Part shown: positions 50,447 through 59,756 of the stretch, in pieces | How positions within the stretch are numbered: position 1 is the stretch's first letter | How the letters are laid out: each line of letters opens with the position of its first letter | From: a virus | Lineage: Duplodnaviria > Caudoviricetes | Length of the DNA stretch: 64,000 nucleotides | Direction: 5' to 3' (one strand) | IMG/VR virus record: IMGVR_UViG_2974594478_000001 | Location: 11,240 to 75,239 of that record | Program-made: the position numbers and the translations under genes | The notes under the pieces: model-generated | What the model was told of the DNA's origin: nothing | The model's database searches: none | The model's input: only the letters and a program-made list of their open reading frames with translations

Positions 50447-52342
50447 TTAACTTCTATATTCACCAGCATAATTAATTGTTAGAGGTGAACCACTGGTGAT
50501 TTCCGTAGATTGAATCGGTGCAGAACCTGCTGCTGCAACAAGACCCCTCATTTCCAAGAAAGAGTTACCATTTGTTGGGTTGATAATAAGCATGGTTCTA
50601 CTATTCCAATCAATAAGAGAACTTAGAGATTGGATAACTATATTGCCTACAGAACTAGCTGCATTAAATGGCATACCTGTTAGACGGAGATTACCAGATG
50701 CAGCAACGGTAAATGTAGGTGTGCCTGTGAAAGCTCCTTCAACATAGATTTGACGACCTTTACGCTTCCACCGTCCAGAAGCTGTTACAGCAGATAAAGC
50801 TAGATCGCCGGGAGTTGCGAAACTAATACTTGGTGTAAATACGCCTTCTGATTCTACTTCATCGATAAAATCAGCATCTGTTAGAATCAAAGATGGAACA
50901 TTTACAATTCCTGACACCCCACCTCTAGCAAATCCTTTAATACCAGAAGCCTTAGTAGCAAAAGGAGAACCTCCACTTTGATTGAGTGTTACTTCAAAGT
51001 CATAAGATCCATTATTCTGGCTATCAACATCTACCCAGACATCTCTCCAAACAGCATCTGATGCTGAAGCTTCATACTTCACACCAGCACCAATATTATC
51101 TGAAGTGCGTCCCTTAATGTAGATTGCTTCTGGGGATGTAGTTCCCCCAGCTTGAACCTGAATACCAGCAGTTCTGGATTTCTCTGTATCAGCGAAAAGA
51201 ATATGAACATGATTAGATCGTTCGACCCAGCAACCGATATAACCAGACTGAGCTTGAGAAAGAGCGCGGTTCATAAATGAACCAATTTGAACATGTTGAG
51301 AGTTACGAATAGCAAGGGATTCCTTGTTACCGTCGTTATCAACCAATGGGGTGTCAATATAATTAACTCCATCATTGGAAGCATAATTCATATATCCGGG
51401 GGTTCCGAACCAGTTACCGTTGCCTACATCCTCTGTGTACAAACTTTCAATAGTGATGCGCTTAATGTTAAATGCATCAGCATCATCTTGTTTGAATCCA
51501 CAACCATATGAGCGATAAATCTTGACAGCACCAAATGCGATACGTTGATTCGGAACAGTAGTTCCAGAGGCTACTGCACCAATGCGTACACCATGTTCAA
51601 GCATATCAAATGCTTGCCATCCCCCACCAAGTCCGAAGGAACTATCTGAACAACCACCCAGAACCAAAGAATTTAGACCGGGAGTCATTGGTCCCCTTGG
51701 TCTTGGTAGAGCAATGGCAGAAACAGCACTCAAGCTTGTCGTAAAACCAGTCATGACATGGATGTCACGAGATCCATGTATGTAACCTCCCATAAGGGTT
51801 TCTAGGTTACGAAGCTTCTCGATGACAACATCCGTACTGTTGACGATACACCAACCACGATCAAAGCGATTGATCAGAACTTGACCAATCCTAACATGTT
51901 GAGCATCTTCAATAAGAAGTGCTCCAGAGATTAGATCTGTGGATCCACCTTCTTGTCTATTGATATTGTAGCCAACTGAATTGGCTTCAAAATAATCAAC
52001 TTGACACTGAGATTGTACCTTCACCAAAGATCGGATGGTATCTATCCCAGTGGGTAGATTTGTTTTTAGATAATTTACACAAACACCTAAACCAAGAGTG
52101 ATTAGCGGTGTAGCTCTATCAACCCCTATCGGTTCAAATGTAGGTTCAAAAATCGTACCAGTTTCAGCAATGATGATTGAATTATCTGGAATAGTGAATG
52201 GAGCATCGAAGGTATATGTACCCGCTGGAATAAGAAAAATTTTGATTCCAGAAGAAAACATAGATTCAATAGAACCTCCCCATTTATTTGGGGAAGTGTA
52301 TTGAAAGCCTTCAATCATTTCAGCAGAGATTTTCGAAGTCAT
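50447..52342 (-). CDS. tail spike / RBP B (beta-helix depolymerase-like, no long anchor domain)
   Basis: IFLIPAGTYTF beta-helix cap close to the N-terminus; C-terminal GVFTPSI...GRWKRKGRQIYV domain typical of phage fibres. Confidence 0.78.
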   Translation of the reverse strand: MTSKISAEMIEGFQYTSPNKWGGSIESMFSSGIKIFLIPAGTYTFDAPFTIPDNSIIIAETGTIFEPTFEPIGVDRATPLITLGLGVCVNYLKTNLPTGIDTIRSLVKVQSQCQVDYFEANSVGYNINRQEGGSTDLISGALLIEDAQHVRIGQVLINRFDRGWCIVNSTDVVIEKLRNLETLMGGYIHGSRDIHVMTGFTTSLSAVSAIALPRPRGPMTPGLNSLVLGGCSDSSFGLGGGWQAFDMLEHGVRIGAVASGTTVPNQRIAFGAVKIYRSYGCGFKQDDADAFNIKRITIESLYTEDVGNGNWFGTPGYMNYASNDGVNYIDTPLVDNDGNKESLAIRNSQHVQIGSFMNRALSQAQSGYIGCWVERSNHVHILFADTEKSRTAGIQVQAGGTTSPEAIYIKGRTSDNIGAGVKYEASASDAVWRDVWVDVDSQNNGSYDFEVTLNQSGGSPFATKASGIKGFARGGVSGIVNVPSLILTDADFIDEVESEGVFTPSISFATPGDLALSAVTASGRWKRKGRQIYVEGAFTGTPTFTVAASGNLRLTGMPFNAASSVGNIVIQSLSSLIDWNSRTMLIINPTNGNSFLEMRGLVAAAGSAPIQSTEITSGSPLTINYAGEYRS

Positions 52343-52357
52343 CAGTGTGTATTCCTA

Positions 52358-54265
52358 TTAATATGTAGTGAACGTAGCAGAACCACTGGTAGCAAGGATA
52401 GTAGCACCAATTCCAAGAATACCTCTGTGTTTGACCACAGAACCAGCAGTGGTAGCCCTAACCACGCTGAGAGGAGCGACAGAGTTTCTAAGAGTAACTC
52501 CATCACAGATAATCTCAGTTGCTGAACCAGTGCCAATGATGACTACTCCTACAAATGACCCACCACTTTTGTTAACATCAGCGAGATCAATGTTGCGGAG
52601 AATTCCCTTGAAATCTCCATTACGCATATCAATGCCATGATCTGTACACCCAACACCCACAAAGTCTTTTAGGATGAACCCGGTATGTTGACCTGTCATC
52701 TTAATGAAGCTCTCTGGGGTAGTCATAGGACCGGGAGAACCAGCAGGTGTGTAATCCATAACCATTGAGTTACCCGCGAAGATGTAATTGGTTCCTCCAT
52801 CAAGCTCATAACCATTGAAGTTGGCATTCATAATAGTGTTATTAAGAACAGCACTACCATCACCGAGTTTGCCAACGAAGATGGCTTTACCAAAATTAGA
52901 AGTGTTGTCTTGAACAACACATTTAATATTGGCAGCATTCCATCCACGGTTACGCACACCAGCAACTGAGATGCTGTGAAATTCGCATCCTCGGACTACT
53001 TGACGACGGAAACCGTTGGTATCGCTGTCACCAACAAAACGATCTTTGGTGTATGTTCCTTCAGGTGGCATATCGAAGTTAACACCGTATCTAACAGCAC
53101 TGATAAGACTGTCAGCTACTGTAATACCTCTACCTTTACCATCCACAGCATAGTAGAATTTTGAGATATATCCGTCACGGAATTCAAAATCCAAATCTAC
53201 AGGCTCACCAGAAGGACGAGCGACAAGTATTCCAGTGTTCTGGTCACTAGTAGGGACTGTGGCGTGAGTTCCTCTCACACCAATATGTCTCATACCACAA
53301 CGCTCACCCATAACCAGAATAGCTGGCTCATCAACATCCACTGTTCGGTTAAGATAAGACTTGTTGTCCATCCCATCTCCTACCCATTTCTGACCAGAAG
53401 TCTCGATGGACCACTGTTCTTGAAAGGTAACAGGGGAGTCAGCATGAACTCGAATACAAGGTTCACCACTATCAGCAGCAGCTTGAAGCACACTAGACCA
53501 GTTCGAAGGATCTACATAAGTGGTTCGGAATTTACGTAGATGGGTATCGTGACTACCAAGATCCTTAATATATGTTAGTTGAAGTTTTTCTACGACTTCA
53601 GAAAATGCCTTGGTTACACGAACACCTGCCTCATCAACAAGCATAGTGTCATTGACGATATCAGGCAAAGCATTGGCAACAGAGAGTGCTTGAGCAGCAG
53701 CAGCTTGGGCTTCCAGAACTGCATCTTCAATTTCATTCAGAGTAGCTGTAGCAATGATCAGTGTACGAATCTTGACCAGATTCGGTACAGCAGGGGTAAT
53801 GGTAAGAGTGGTGCCTGTGACAGAATAATCAGTGGTATCCTGTATGGCACCACCAACCCAAACCAGAAGATTTTCATCTACTTTTGGGGCATATGTTAGA
53901 GTCCAGTCTGTTTGAATCCCGTCACCAACGAAGTTGGTTTCAACAAGATTCGTGGCACCGGCTTGAATCTCTTCTAGAATCGCTTGTGCAGCATCAGCAC
54001 TAGCATCGGCAGCAGTGGCGCTTGCAGCAGATTCTGCGGCAGAACTAGCAGAAGCATCGGCAGCAGCTTGAGCTTGTGCCACTGGACCTGCGATTGCCAG
54101 ATCGTACTCAGCTTCTTTGTCCTTCAGAAACTTAGCAAAGGTAGGAAGGACAACACCATTTGCAGTGGACCAAACCTCAAGGTCAGTACCATTAACGAGT
54201 TTATCAACCCGTTCTTCATTACCTTTAAATCGTGGGATCGCTTGATCCAGTGGAAGCTGAGTCAT
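52358..54265 (-). CDS. tail spike / RBP A with anchor, putative branching domain and beta-helix
   Basis: N-terminal anchor homologous to RBP C; FVGDGIQTDWTL...DYSVTGTTLTITPA module; beta-helix body. Confidence 0.82.
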   Translation of the reverse strand: MTQLPLDQAIPRFKGNEERVDKLVNGTDLEVWSTANGVVLPTFAKFLKDKEAEYDLAIAGPVAQAQAAADASASSAAESAASATAADASADAAQAILEEIQAGATNLVETNFVGDGIQTDWTLTYAPKVDENLLVWVGGAIQDTTDYSVTGTTLTITPAVPNLVKIRTLIIATATLNEIEDAVLEAQAAAAQALSVANALPDIVNDTMLVDEAGVRVTKAFSEVVEKLQLTYIKDLGSHDTHLRKFRTTYVDPSNWSSVLQAAADSGEPCIRVHADSPVTFQEQWSIETSGQKWVGDGMDNKSYLNRTVDVDEPAILVMGERCGMRHIGVRGTHATVPTSDQNTGILVARPSGEPVDLDFEFRDGYISKFYYAVDGKGRGITVADSLISAVRYGVNFDMPPEGTYTKDRFVGDSDTNGFRRQVVRGCEFHSISVAGVRNRGWNAANIKCVVQDNTSNFGKAIFVGKLGDGSAVLNNTIMNANFNGYELDGGTNYIFAGNSMVMDYTPAGSPGPMTTPESFIKMTGQHTGFILKDFVGVGCTDHGIDMRNGDFKGILRNIDLADVNKSGGSFVGVVIIGTGSATEIICDGVTLRNSVAPLSVVRATTAGSVVKHRGILGIGATILATSGSATFTTY

Positions 54266-54276
54266 TCTCTAAACCT

Positions 54277-54792
54277 TTATACCAATGCTACAGGCAAGTC
54301 TGTGTTCACTATCACATCCAGTTGAGCTTCCCAAAGAGGGAAATCATTAAGTGTAATACCAGCTTCATTCACAATTCCCTTGATATCAAGATCAAGGAAA
54401 TCCCATGCAGTTCCCAGAAGCTTGATGACTTTATCACCAAGAGCATTCTCAGCTTCAACAGAGAGCATTCCTGTCTTGGAACCAACGGTCTCAGGAGCAA
54501 AGTAGAGCTTACCTGTGTAGACAGCACCGGCAGCAATCTTGTTTGGGATTGGTTCCAACAGCATAAACTCTCCTGCCAGATCGACACGAGAGATCGTCAC
54601 ATCCGCATAACCAGAATTCGTAATGGTGAATTCCAGATAGGATGAGAACTTAGTGGTTGCCCAATCACCGAAATCATATTGCTCTTGGGGAGCAAGATCT
54701 ATTTCGTAAGGAGTGTCAGATGTTGTCTGGGTCTCACTGCTAGATGTGTAGCAGTAGTCTGCCATCAACTCATCAGGAGTTTGTGCATTCAT
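54277..54792 (-). CDS. Ig-like (ASH/PapD-like) domain structural protein
   Basis: FTITNSGYADVTI...KLYFAPETVGSKTGMLSV pattern; ATG 54792 overlaps the upstream stop. Confidence 0.6.
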   Translation of the reverse strand: MNAQTPDELMADYCYTSSSETQTTSDTPYEIDLAPQEQYDFGDWATTKFSSYLEFTITNSGYADVTISRVDLAGEFMLLEPIPNKIAAGAVYTGKLYFAPETVGSKTGMLSVEAENALGDKVIKLLGTAWDFLDLDIKGIVNEAGITLNDFPLWEAQLDVIVNTDLPVALV

Positions 54793-55229
54793 TAGGAAAC
54801 CACCTTCTGAATGACCAGACGGCAATAAGCTGTAGCTCCTACAAAAGAAGCATCAGCATCTGCATCCAGAGTAACTGAGACATTCCCGCCAGTGACGACA
54901 ACAGCACAAGGAGAGCTTTCCTCATTATAAAGCTCACCAGTCGTCTTCATCAGGTTGACCGATACATTGACCACAGATTCCCCAGATTCAAGCGTAGGAA
55001 GCTCAATGAGGGTTGTGGAACCAAGTGCACCCAATTCACCAGAAACAAGCTCTTGCCTGAACTCAGCAAGCTCTACAATCTGGTTCATGTAGGTCGAGAC
55101 ATGAAGAATGTATTTCAGATTATCTGCTACAGACTTAACAATCGTGTATGCAGAACCAAGTAGTTGATCCACCGTCATAGCAAAACTAGCTCCACAATCG
55201 GGTTCATTAAACGGATTACGCAGTCCCAT
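54792..55229 (-). CDS. tail adaptor, similar to the N-terminal anchor of N4-like gp66 fibres
   Basis: LRNPF...VDQLLGSAYTIVKSVADNL resembles the N-terminus of N4-like tail fibre proteins; follows gp67. Confidence 0.55.
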   Translation of the reverse strand: MGLRNPFNEPDCGASFAMTVDQLLGSAYTIVKSVADNLKYILHVSTYMNQIVELAEFRQELVSGELGALGSTTLIELPTLESGESVVNVSVNLMKTTGELYNEESSPCAVVVTGGNVSVTLDADADASFVGATAYCRLVIQKVVS

Positions 55230-55927
55230 TATACCCATCCTCTTTTGTGGAACTTGGTATTGGTTGTAGAAATGGTTCCATTAACCAGATCTTTATTCTC
55301 GATTTCAAGACATCCAGTCTCATAAGAGGCTAAATATTCCTGACCTTTAGCATTGTTCTCCTGACCATTCATGTTGCAGTAAACCTTATAGGCAACATAG
55401 AACTGAAGGAGCATCTCCATATAAGATGGAATCTCAATCTCATACTTCAGATCAGCAACCAGCAGCTTCTTATGAGCAGCTTGGTAAGTCACATTCAATG
55501 GTTCTCCCTGAACAGGGTTAGGAACCTGAAGTGTGTGGGGTTGAGGTGTGAAGAGTGATTCGTAGCACTCAGCATCATTGAGCACTCGCTTGCACCCATT
55601 CACATCATAGACTTCAAGGATCTTGATCAGATCCCCTGTGAAGGAAGCACAATGCTGATCCAGAATGTATTTCACATCCTTGGGGTTCTGACCCATAGAT
55701 TGAGAGTATCTCGGGATGAGATGGTAGTTGGTAATATAAGAGTGCTGCTCAATCAGGAGAGCTTTCTCTTTCAGAATGAAACGAGTGTAGAGCTTTTCCA
55801 AACCCTCATTCGTATAATTGACCAGCTTGGGATAATCCTTCTCAGCAATCGCTACCCCCTCCTGAGAGATGGATAGATTGGAGAGTTCTCCCAAAGCCAG
55901 ACGTTCAAACAGTTTCAGGAGATTCAT
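55229..55927 (-). CDS. head-tail adaptor / structural protein (N4 gp67-like)
   Basis: LALGELSNL, LYTRFILKEK, NTKFHKRGWV; synteny after terminase. Confidence 0.85.
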   Translation of the reverse strand: MNLLKLFERLALGELSNLSISQEGVAIAEKDYPKLVNYTNEGLEKLYTRFILKEKALLIEQHSYITNYHLIPRYSQSMGQNPKDVKYILDQHCASFTGDLIKILEVYDVNGCKRVLNDAECYESLFTPQPHTLQVPNPVQGEPLNVTYQAAHKKLLVADLKYEIEIPSYMEMLLQFYVAYKVYCNMNGQENNAKGQEYLASYETGCLEIENKDLVNGTISTTNTKFHKRGWV

Positions 55928-55933
55928 GATCCC

Positions 55934-57532
55934 TCACACTATGTAAGAAGACAAACCACTAACGTTGGACATGTCGTCTTCCATATCATCCCAACGATTC
56001 ACTTCATTTTGGACTGGTCCCAGTTCCTCGCTTGGTTTCCAAGCTTTGAGGTACATCAGTTGGGAGATCGTATCCAAGCAGTCATCCTTACCTTTCAACC
56101 CATTCACCGTAGCGAGACGTATCTCACCAATGAACTCACCCATGATCTGGGATGTTTTAAGTTCTTCAGGGAAATACATCTTCCCTGCCTTGAACCAAGG
56201 AACAACCATATTGAATCGGGAGAGCTTATTCGTGATTGGGCGAATACCGGGAGTTCCAGACTTCTCAGATGATGCAAAGTTGAACCAGATATTCCGATTC
56301 ATCATTTCAGTCTGAAGCAAGTTTATGAACGCACCCTGTTGACCCGTAATCTCGATACCGACTGACTGAGGTCTGTATTCCTGAACCAGACGGAAAAGAT
56401 CATTGAAGGTCTTGTCCATTGTCTGTCGTTCACAAACACCATCTACCCAGAACCAGTCTCCATTGGCATTGTATGCCCAGACAGATATTACTGAGAAGTC
56501 AGCAGTCTCTGTGTCCTTTGTAGCAAAGTCTGTTGTAATGTAAAAGTTGAAAGCAGATCTTTTATTCAGAAGACTTGTTCTTGTGAACCAACGAATCTCA
56601 GCATCCTGAACAAGTCTCTCTTCTTCAGAACTAATTCTCAACATAAGTTCTTGCTGAAACGCTGGCATCTTACCCAGCAACACTGCCTTTTCATAAGCAG
56701 TCTTCACATAGCTATAAGAGAAGCGATCATCCCAAGCACCTTGGAACTCTTCCTCGGTACAGGGGAACCTCTCACATACAGGCCAGACGTTTACGTCATA
56801 GGCTCCAGACTCCACCGCTTCAATCATGGGATCTTCCTTATTGAAGGGAGTCCCATTGAAGATGACTTTTCGCCTCGTTGGATCCAGTGCGAAGTCGATA
56901 CCTTTATAGATGGTATCCTTCACGGCAGCGATCACGGTACGGGATTTGGCATCATCGTCCGAAAGCAAGTCATCGAGCACGGCGAGCGGAGGACGTTTCC
57001 CGAAGATCTTCGTACCACGGAGACCTGTCTTGGCACCGAACATCTTAATGCCCAAAGGCACCCCTGCCTTGTTCTCAAACTCGATGTAGTTGTCTGTGAA
57101 GTGTGTCTTGGGCAACCATTCCTGAAGGAAGTCGCTCGTGTGATATCTGAACTCAAGGTTCTTACGTGCTGATTTTACACCGTTATCGATGGAATCTGAC
57201 ACGTAAATGAATCCTGGAATCTCTCCAAAATTAGGGAGATAATTAAACACTCCGAGATATGGAGCCAGATATTCAAAGAAGAATGTTGTCTTTGCAGCAC
57301 CACGGAAGCACAGGTTAACGACATCTCGCTTTGACTGTGTTGCCACATCAAACATCTTCAGATGCATTGGAGGAGTCTTGTGTGATTCCCCTTGCTTACC
57401 ATTCACCAACTTAATGAAGTTCATGAATTGGAGAGAGGACTCACTGGGGACATATGTTCCATTGTTGAGATAGTTGTAATCAACCGAGTCCAACCATTCA
57501 TCAATAGACTTCTTAATGATGATGTTGGTCAC
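55934..57532 (-). CDS. terL: terminase large subunit (N4 gp68-like)
   Basis: CFRGAAKTT Walker A, LAVLDDL Walker B, GTPF, ITTDFAT nuclease, KDDCLDTISQL. Confidence 0.95.
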   Translation of the reverse strand: MTNIIIKKSIDEWLDSVDYNYLNNGTYVPSESSLQFMNFIKLVNGKQGESHKTPPMHLKMFDVATQSKRDVVNLCFRGAAKTTFFFEYLAPYLGVFNYLPNFGEIPGFIYVSDSIDNGVKSARKNLEFRYHTSDFLQEWLPKTHFTDNYIEFENKAGVPLGIKMFGAKTGLRGTKIFGKRPPLAVLDDLLSDDDAKSRTVIAAVKDTIYKGIDFALDPTRRKVIFNGTPFNKEDPMIEAVESGAYDVNVWPVCERFPCTEEEFQGAWDDRFSYSYVKTAYEKAVLLGKMPAFQQELMLRISSEEERLVQDAEIRWFTRTSLLNKRSAFNFYITTDFATKDTETADFSVISVWAYNANGDWFWVDGVCERQTMDKTFNDLFRLVQEYRPQSVGIEITGQQGAFINLLQTEMMNRNIWFNFASSEKSGTPGIRPITNKLSRFNMVVPWFKAGKMYFPEELKTSQIMGEFIGEIRLATVNGLKGKDDCLDTISQLMYLKAWKPSEELGPVQNEVNRWDDMEDDMSNVSGLSSYIV

Positions 57533-58203
57533 TCTACAATCTCCCCTTCAATGAGAGGGGTAGCAGCAATCTCTCTCGCTGACATACCACCTTCTATGAG
57601 TGCCTTTTGTTGTTGAGCCAATTCAGCAAGAGTGTTCTTCAGTTCATTCATGCCTGAATTATCCTGAAGGTTCACATTCAATTGGAGACCATTCACTTCA
57701 GGTCGCTTCAGATGCGTAAGGATGGAATTCGCTGCATCACAACGAACCTTCTCACTGATGGCATTCACCATCAGATCAACCTGAGTGTTGATTGCCTTTT
57801 GGTAATTGTCCTGATTGATGATCCAAGTGGGAACCAGACTCTGCTCCAAAATGAGATTCACCAGCTTGCCTCTGTGATATGCAGAGACGTAAGCGCTAAT
57901 GTCTTTCTTGGATGTCCCGTTCGCTAGGAGAGTTTGATATCTCTGAGGGAAGGTCCGAGCATAAGACTCCTCGTTGCTGTAGTTCATGAACTTGTAGCTC
58001 ACGTAGGAAACAGCATTGATATAATCAGTTGTCTTGAACTTCCCGTCCTTAAGAACGGAAGCATAAGTGACAAAGTTTTCTCGGATGTTCTCAGCGACGA
58101 TTGGATCGGTGGTCACATTGTTGATGGTATCAACCAGACTCTGAGTTACCGAACTCTTCAATGTAGCTGGTAGGGCTTTAACTACGTCTTCTTTAGTCAG
58201 CAT
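57529..58203 (-). CDS. N4 gp69-like protein (putative small terminase)
   Basis: SVLKDGKFK, YQKAINTQ, VRCDAANSILTHLK; directly upstream of terL. Confidence 0.85.
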   Translation of the reverse strand: MLTKEDVVKALPATLKSSVTQSLVDTINNVTTDPIVAENIRENFVTYASVLKDGKFKTTDYINAVSYVSYKFMNYSNEESYARTFPQRYQTLLANGTSKKDISAYVSAYHRGKLVNLILEQSLVPTWIINQDNYQKAINTQVDLMVNAISEKVRCDAANSILTHLKRPEVNGLQLNVNLQDNSGMNELKNTLAELAQQQKALIEGGMSAREIAATPLIEGEIVE

Positions 58204-58275
58204 TGCTAATTTCTTTCTTGGGTCTTATAGATTCATTACCTCCTTTGTGTTTCTGGGTTTACGCTGGGGTGGTGT

Positions 58276-58326
58276 AAGAATGGCGGTGGAACGGGTTTGG
58301 TCTCCTAGGTTCCACCGCCTATTCTT
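58276..58326. terminator. strong hairpin, probable terminator
   Basis: GGCGGTGGAAC/GTTCCACCGCC 11-bp stem extended by AAGAAT/ATTCTT; 16-nt loop. Confidence 0.6.
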
Positions 58327-58824
58327 TTATTCGGGTCGTGAAAGGCTGAGTCTTTCGAGAAGGCATTCCCGATACTTTACCATGACATCGAATTGAACCT
58401 TCAGAATCCTCTGCTGTTCATCAGGAAGATCTGTGAATGCTACCGATTCAAGGAAGCGAGCAAGCTTCTGTGTGCGCTCATGAAGCTGTGTGTACTCATC
58501 TGTGAGGCGTGTGAAGAAGTTAGAGTTCTGTTCCTTATGGAGCTTGGACTTAAGCTCATAACCCATGAGCATCCAAATCTTGGAGACTGCATTCTTACGA
58601 GCAATCTCTTCACCAATTTCCTTGTTGAAATTCTCTGGAGAAGCACAAGCGCTTTCTCCGGTTACGGTAAATCCGTTCTGTAACTGAATGACACAGATCG
58701 TGAGCACATCGAAGATCACGTAATATGCGATGTCTTTAATATTCTGTTCCACCTCAAGCAGCGTTATCCGGGGAGCAACTGCTTGCTTCTGGAGTCGCTG
58801 TTCAAGTTCTTGCTCGGTAGTCAT
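58327..58824 (-). CDS. Gp49/Gp66-family (Acb4-like) domain fused to crAss001_48/Y16Q-like domain
   Basis: LTICVIQLQNGFTVTGESACASPENFNKEIGEEIARKNAVSKIWMLMGYEL, then RLTDEYTQLHERTQKLARFL...QQRILKVQFDVMVKYRECLLERL. Confidence 0.8.
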   Translation of the reverse strand: MTTEQELEQRLQKQAVAPRITLLEVEQNIKDIAYYVIFDVLTICVIQLQNGFTVTGESACASPENFNKEIGEEIARKNAVSKIWMLMGYELKSKLHKEQNSNFFTRLTDEYTQLHERTQKLARFLESVAFTDLPDEQQRILKVQFDVMVKYRECLLERLSLSRPE

Positions 58825-59121
58825 TTTAAATTTCCTTGATAAGAGAATAATGCACTAGACAATTACCCTTTAGTCTAGTTATAGAAAAAACACCATATCC
58901 TTTTGAGGATACAGGAAACGAGCTAAAGAGATTGAATCTCCTCCCTCTCTTTGTGCTCTCCAAGGATTTTGCCAACCTACTGCCATAGGTACTTGGATCT
59001 CCTGTGTCCTCATAATGATATGGTCCTGTGTGAACATTTCCTCTCTTAAATATATAGAGAAGAGATGCGCCCCTCCTATTGTCTTCAGTAAACTGAAGAC
59101 CTGAACCAAGGTGCACCCCCT

Positions 59122-59262
59122 ATGAGTGGATTCAAAGAATGGTTGATTAAATCAGGATCAGCTAATTTTAGTTATTCCGATGGTGAGTTCTCTTTCTATA
59201 TCGGTTGGATATGGATTGTTGCCCTTATCGTTTTGATATGGTGGATTTTTACCAATGTATGA
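59122..59262 (+). CDS. small membrane peptide (46 aa, not in ORF track)
   Basis: AAGG RBS; MSGFKEWLIKSGSANFSYSDGEFSFYIGWIWIVALIVLIWWIFTNV; stop overlaps the next ORF. Confidence 0.6.
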   Translation: MSGFKEWLIKSGSANFSYSDGEFSFYIGWIWIVALIVLIWWIFTNV

Positions 59263-59389
59263 ATATGTAGCTTATACTCGACGAGGCAAAGTTTTCGCTG
59301 AAGGTAAATGTATGTTTGGAGATCTTCCCAAAGTGTTGGATCACTATGGCGAACAAGGATTCACAATTAGTGTAAAGAAATCCTCTTGA
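59255..59389 (+). CDS. small hypothetical protein (44 aa, not in ORF track)
   Basis: MYEYVAYTRRGKVFAEGKCMFGDLPKVLDHYGEQGFTISVKKSS, coupled to the upstream ORF. Confidence 0.55.
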   Translation: MYEYVAYTRRGKVFAEGKCMFGDLPKVLDHYGEQGFTISVKKSS

Positions 59390-59413
59390 CGTAGGACTTA
59401 AGTCTGACTAGCA
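59385..59413 (+). promoter_or_regulatory. candidate host sigma70 promoter (alphaproteobacterial type)
   Basis: CTTGAC-N17-CTAGCA. Confidence 0.55.
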
Positions 59414-59415
59414 TT

Positions 59416-59534
59416 CAGAGGCTACCTACTGATGAAGTTTCTGCCATTTCCTTCATCTCCTCCTATGGTCGCTTTGCGTGTGTGTCTGCATGAAGAATCC
59501 CTCAGAGCTTTCCTCCTCTGGGGGATTTCTTTTT
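59416..59534 (+). ncRNA. candidate anti-Shine-Dalgarno sRNA
   Basis: Bracketed by promoter 59385-59413 and terminator 59495-59534; hairpin GATGAAG/CTTCATC; TCCTCCT at 59458 and 59511. Confidence 0.4.
59495..59534 (+). terminator. Rho-independent terminator
   Basis: GAATCCCTCAGAG/CTCTGGGGGATTT stem plus CTTTTT. Confidence 0.8.
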
Positions 59535-59550
59535 GTGGAAGGAGAATCTA

Positions 59551-59733
59551 ATGAATCGCTTCTACTATGAGTGGTCCAGACAGTATCGCAAGTTCGTTGT
59601 TTGGGATCGAAAGATCAGTCAACGTCTTGCATATGTGGAGGATCGTGATGTAGCAGAGAAAATCTGTTTACTGTTTTATAAAGATTACCTATCCAGTCTC
59701 GGGCAAACGGCATCTGCCAAATCTGTTGTTTAA
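59551..59733 (+). CDS. hypothetical protein
   Basis: AAGGAG RBS before ATG 59551; 60 aa. Confidence 0.7.
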   Translation: MNRFYYEWSRQYRKFVVWDRKISQRLAYVEDRDVAEKICLLFYKDYLSSLGQTASAKSVV

Positions 59734-59756
59734 TCGTACTAGGTAGGTAATACCTT

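Noticed and set aside
58826-59116. Two overlapping minus-strand ORFs (96 and 76 aa) in the divergent region
   Set aside because: No recognisable composition, motif or convincing RBS. The AT-rich region more likely holds divergent promoters.
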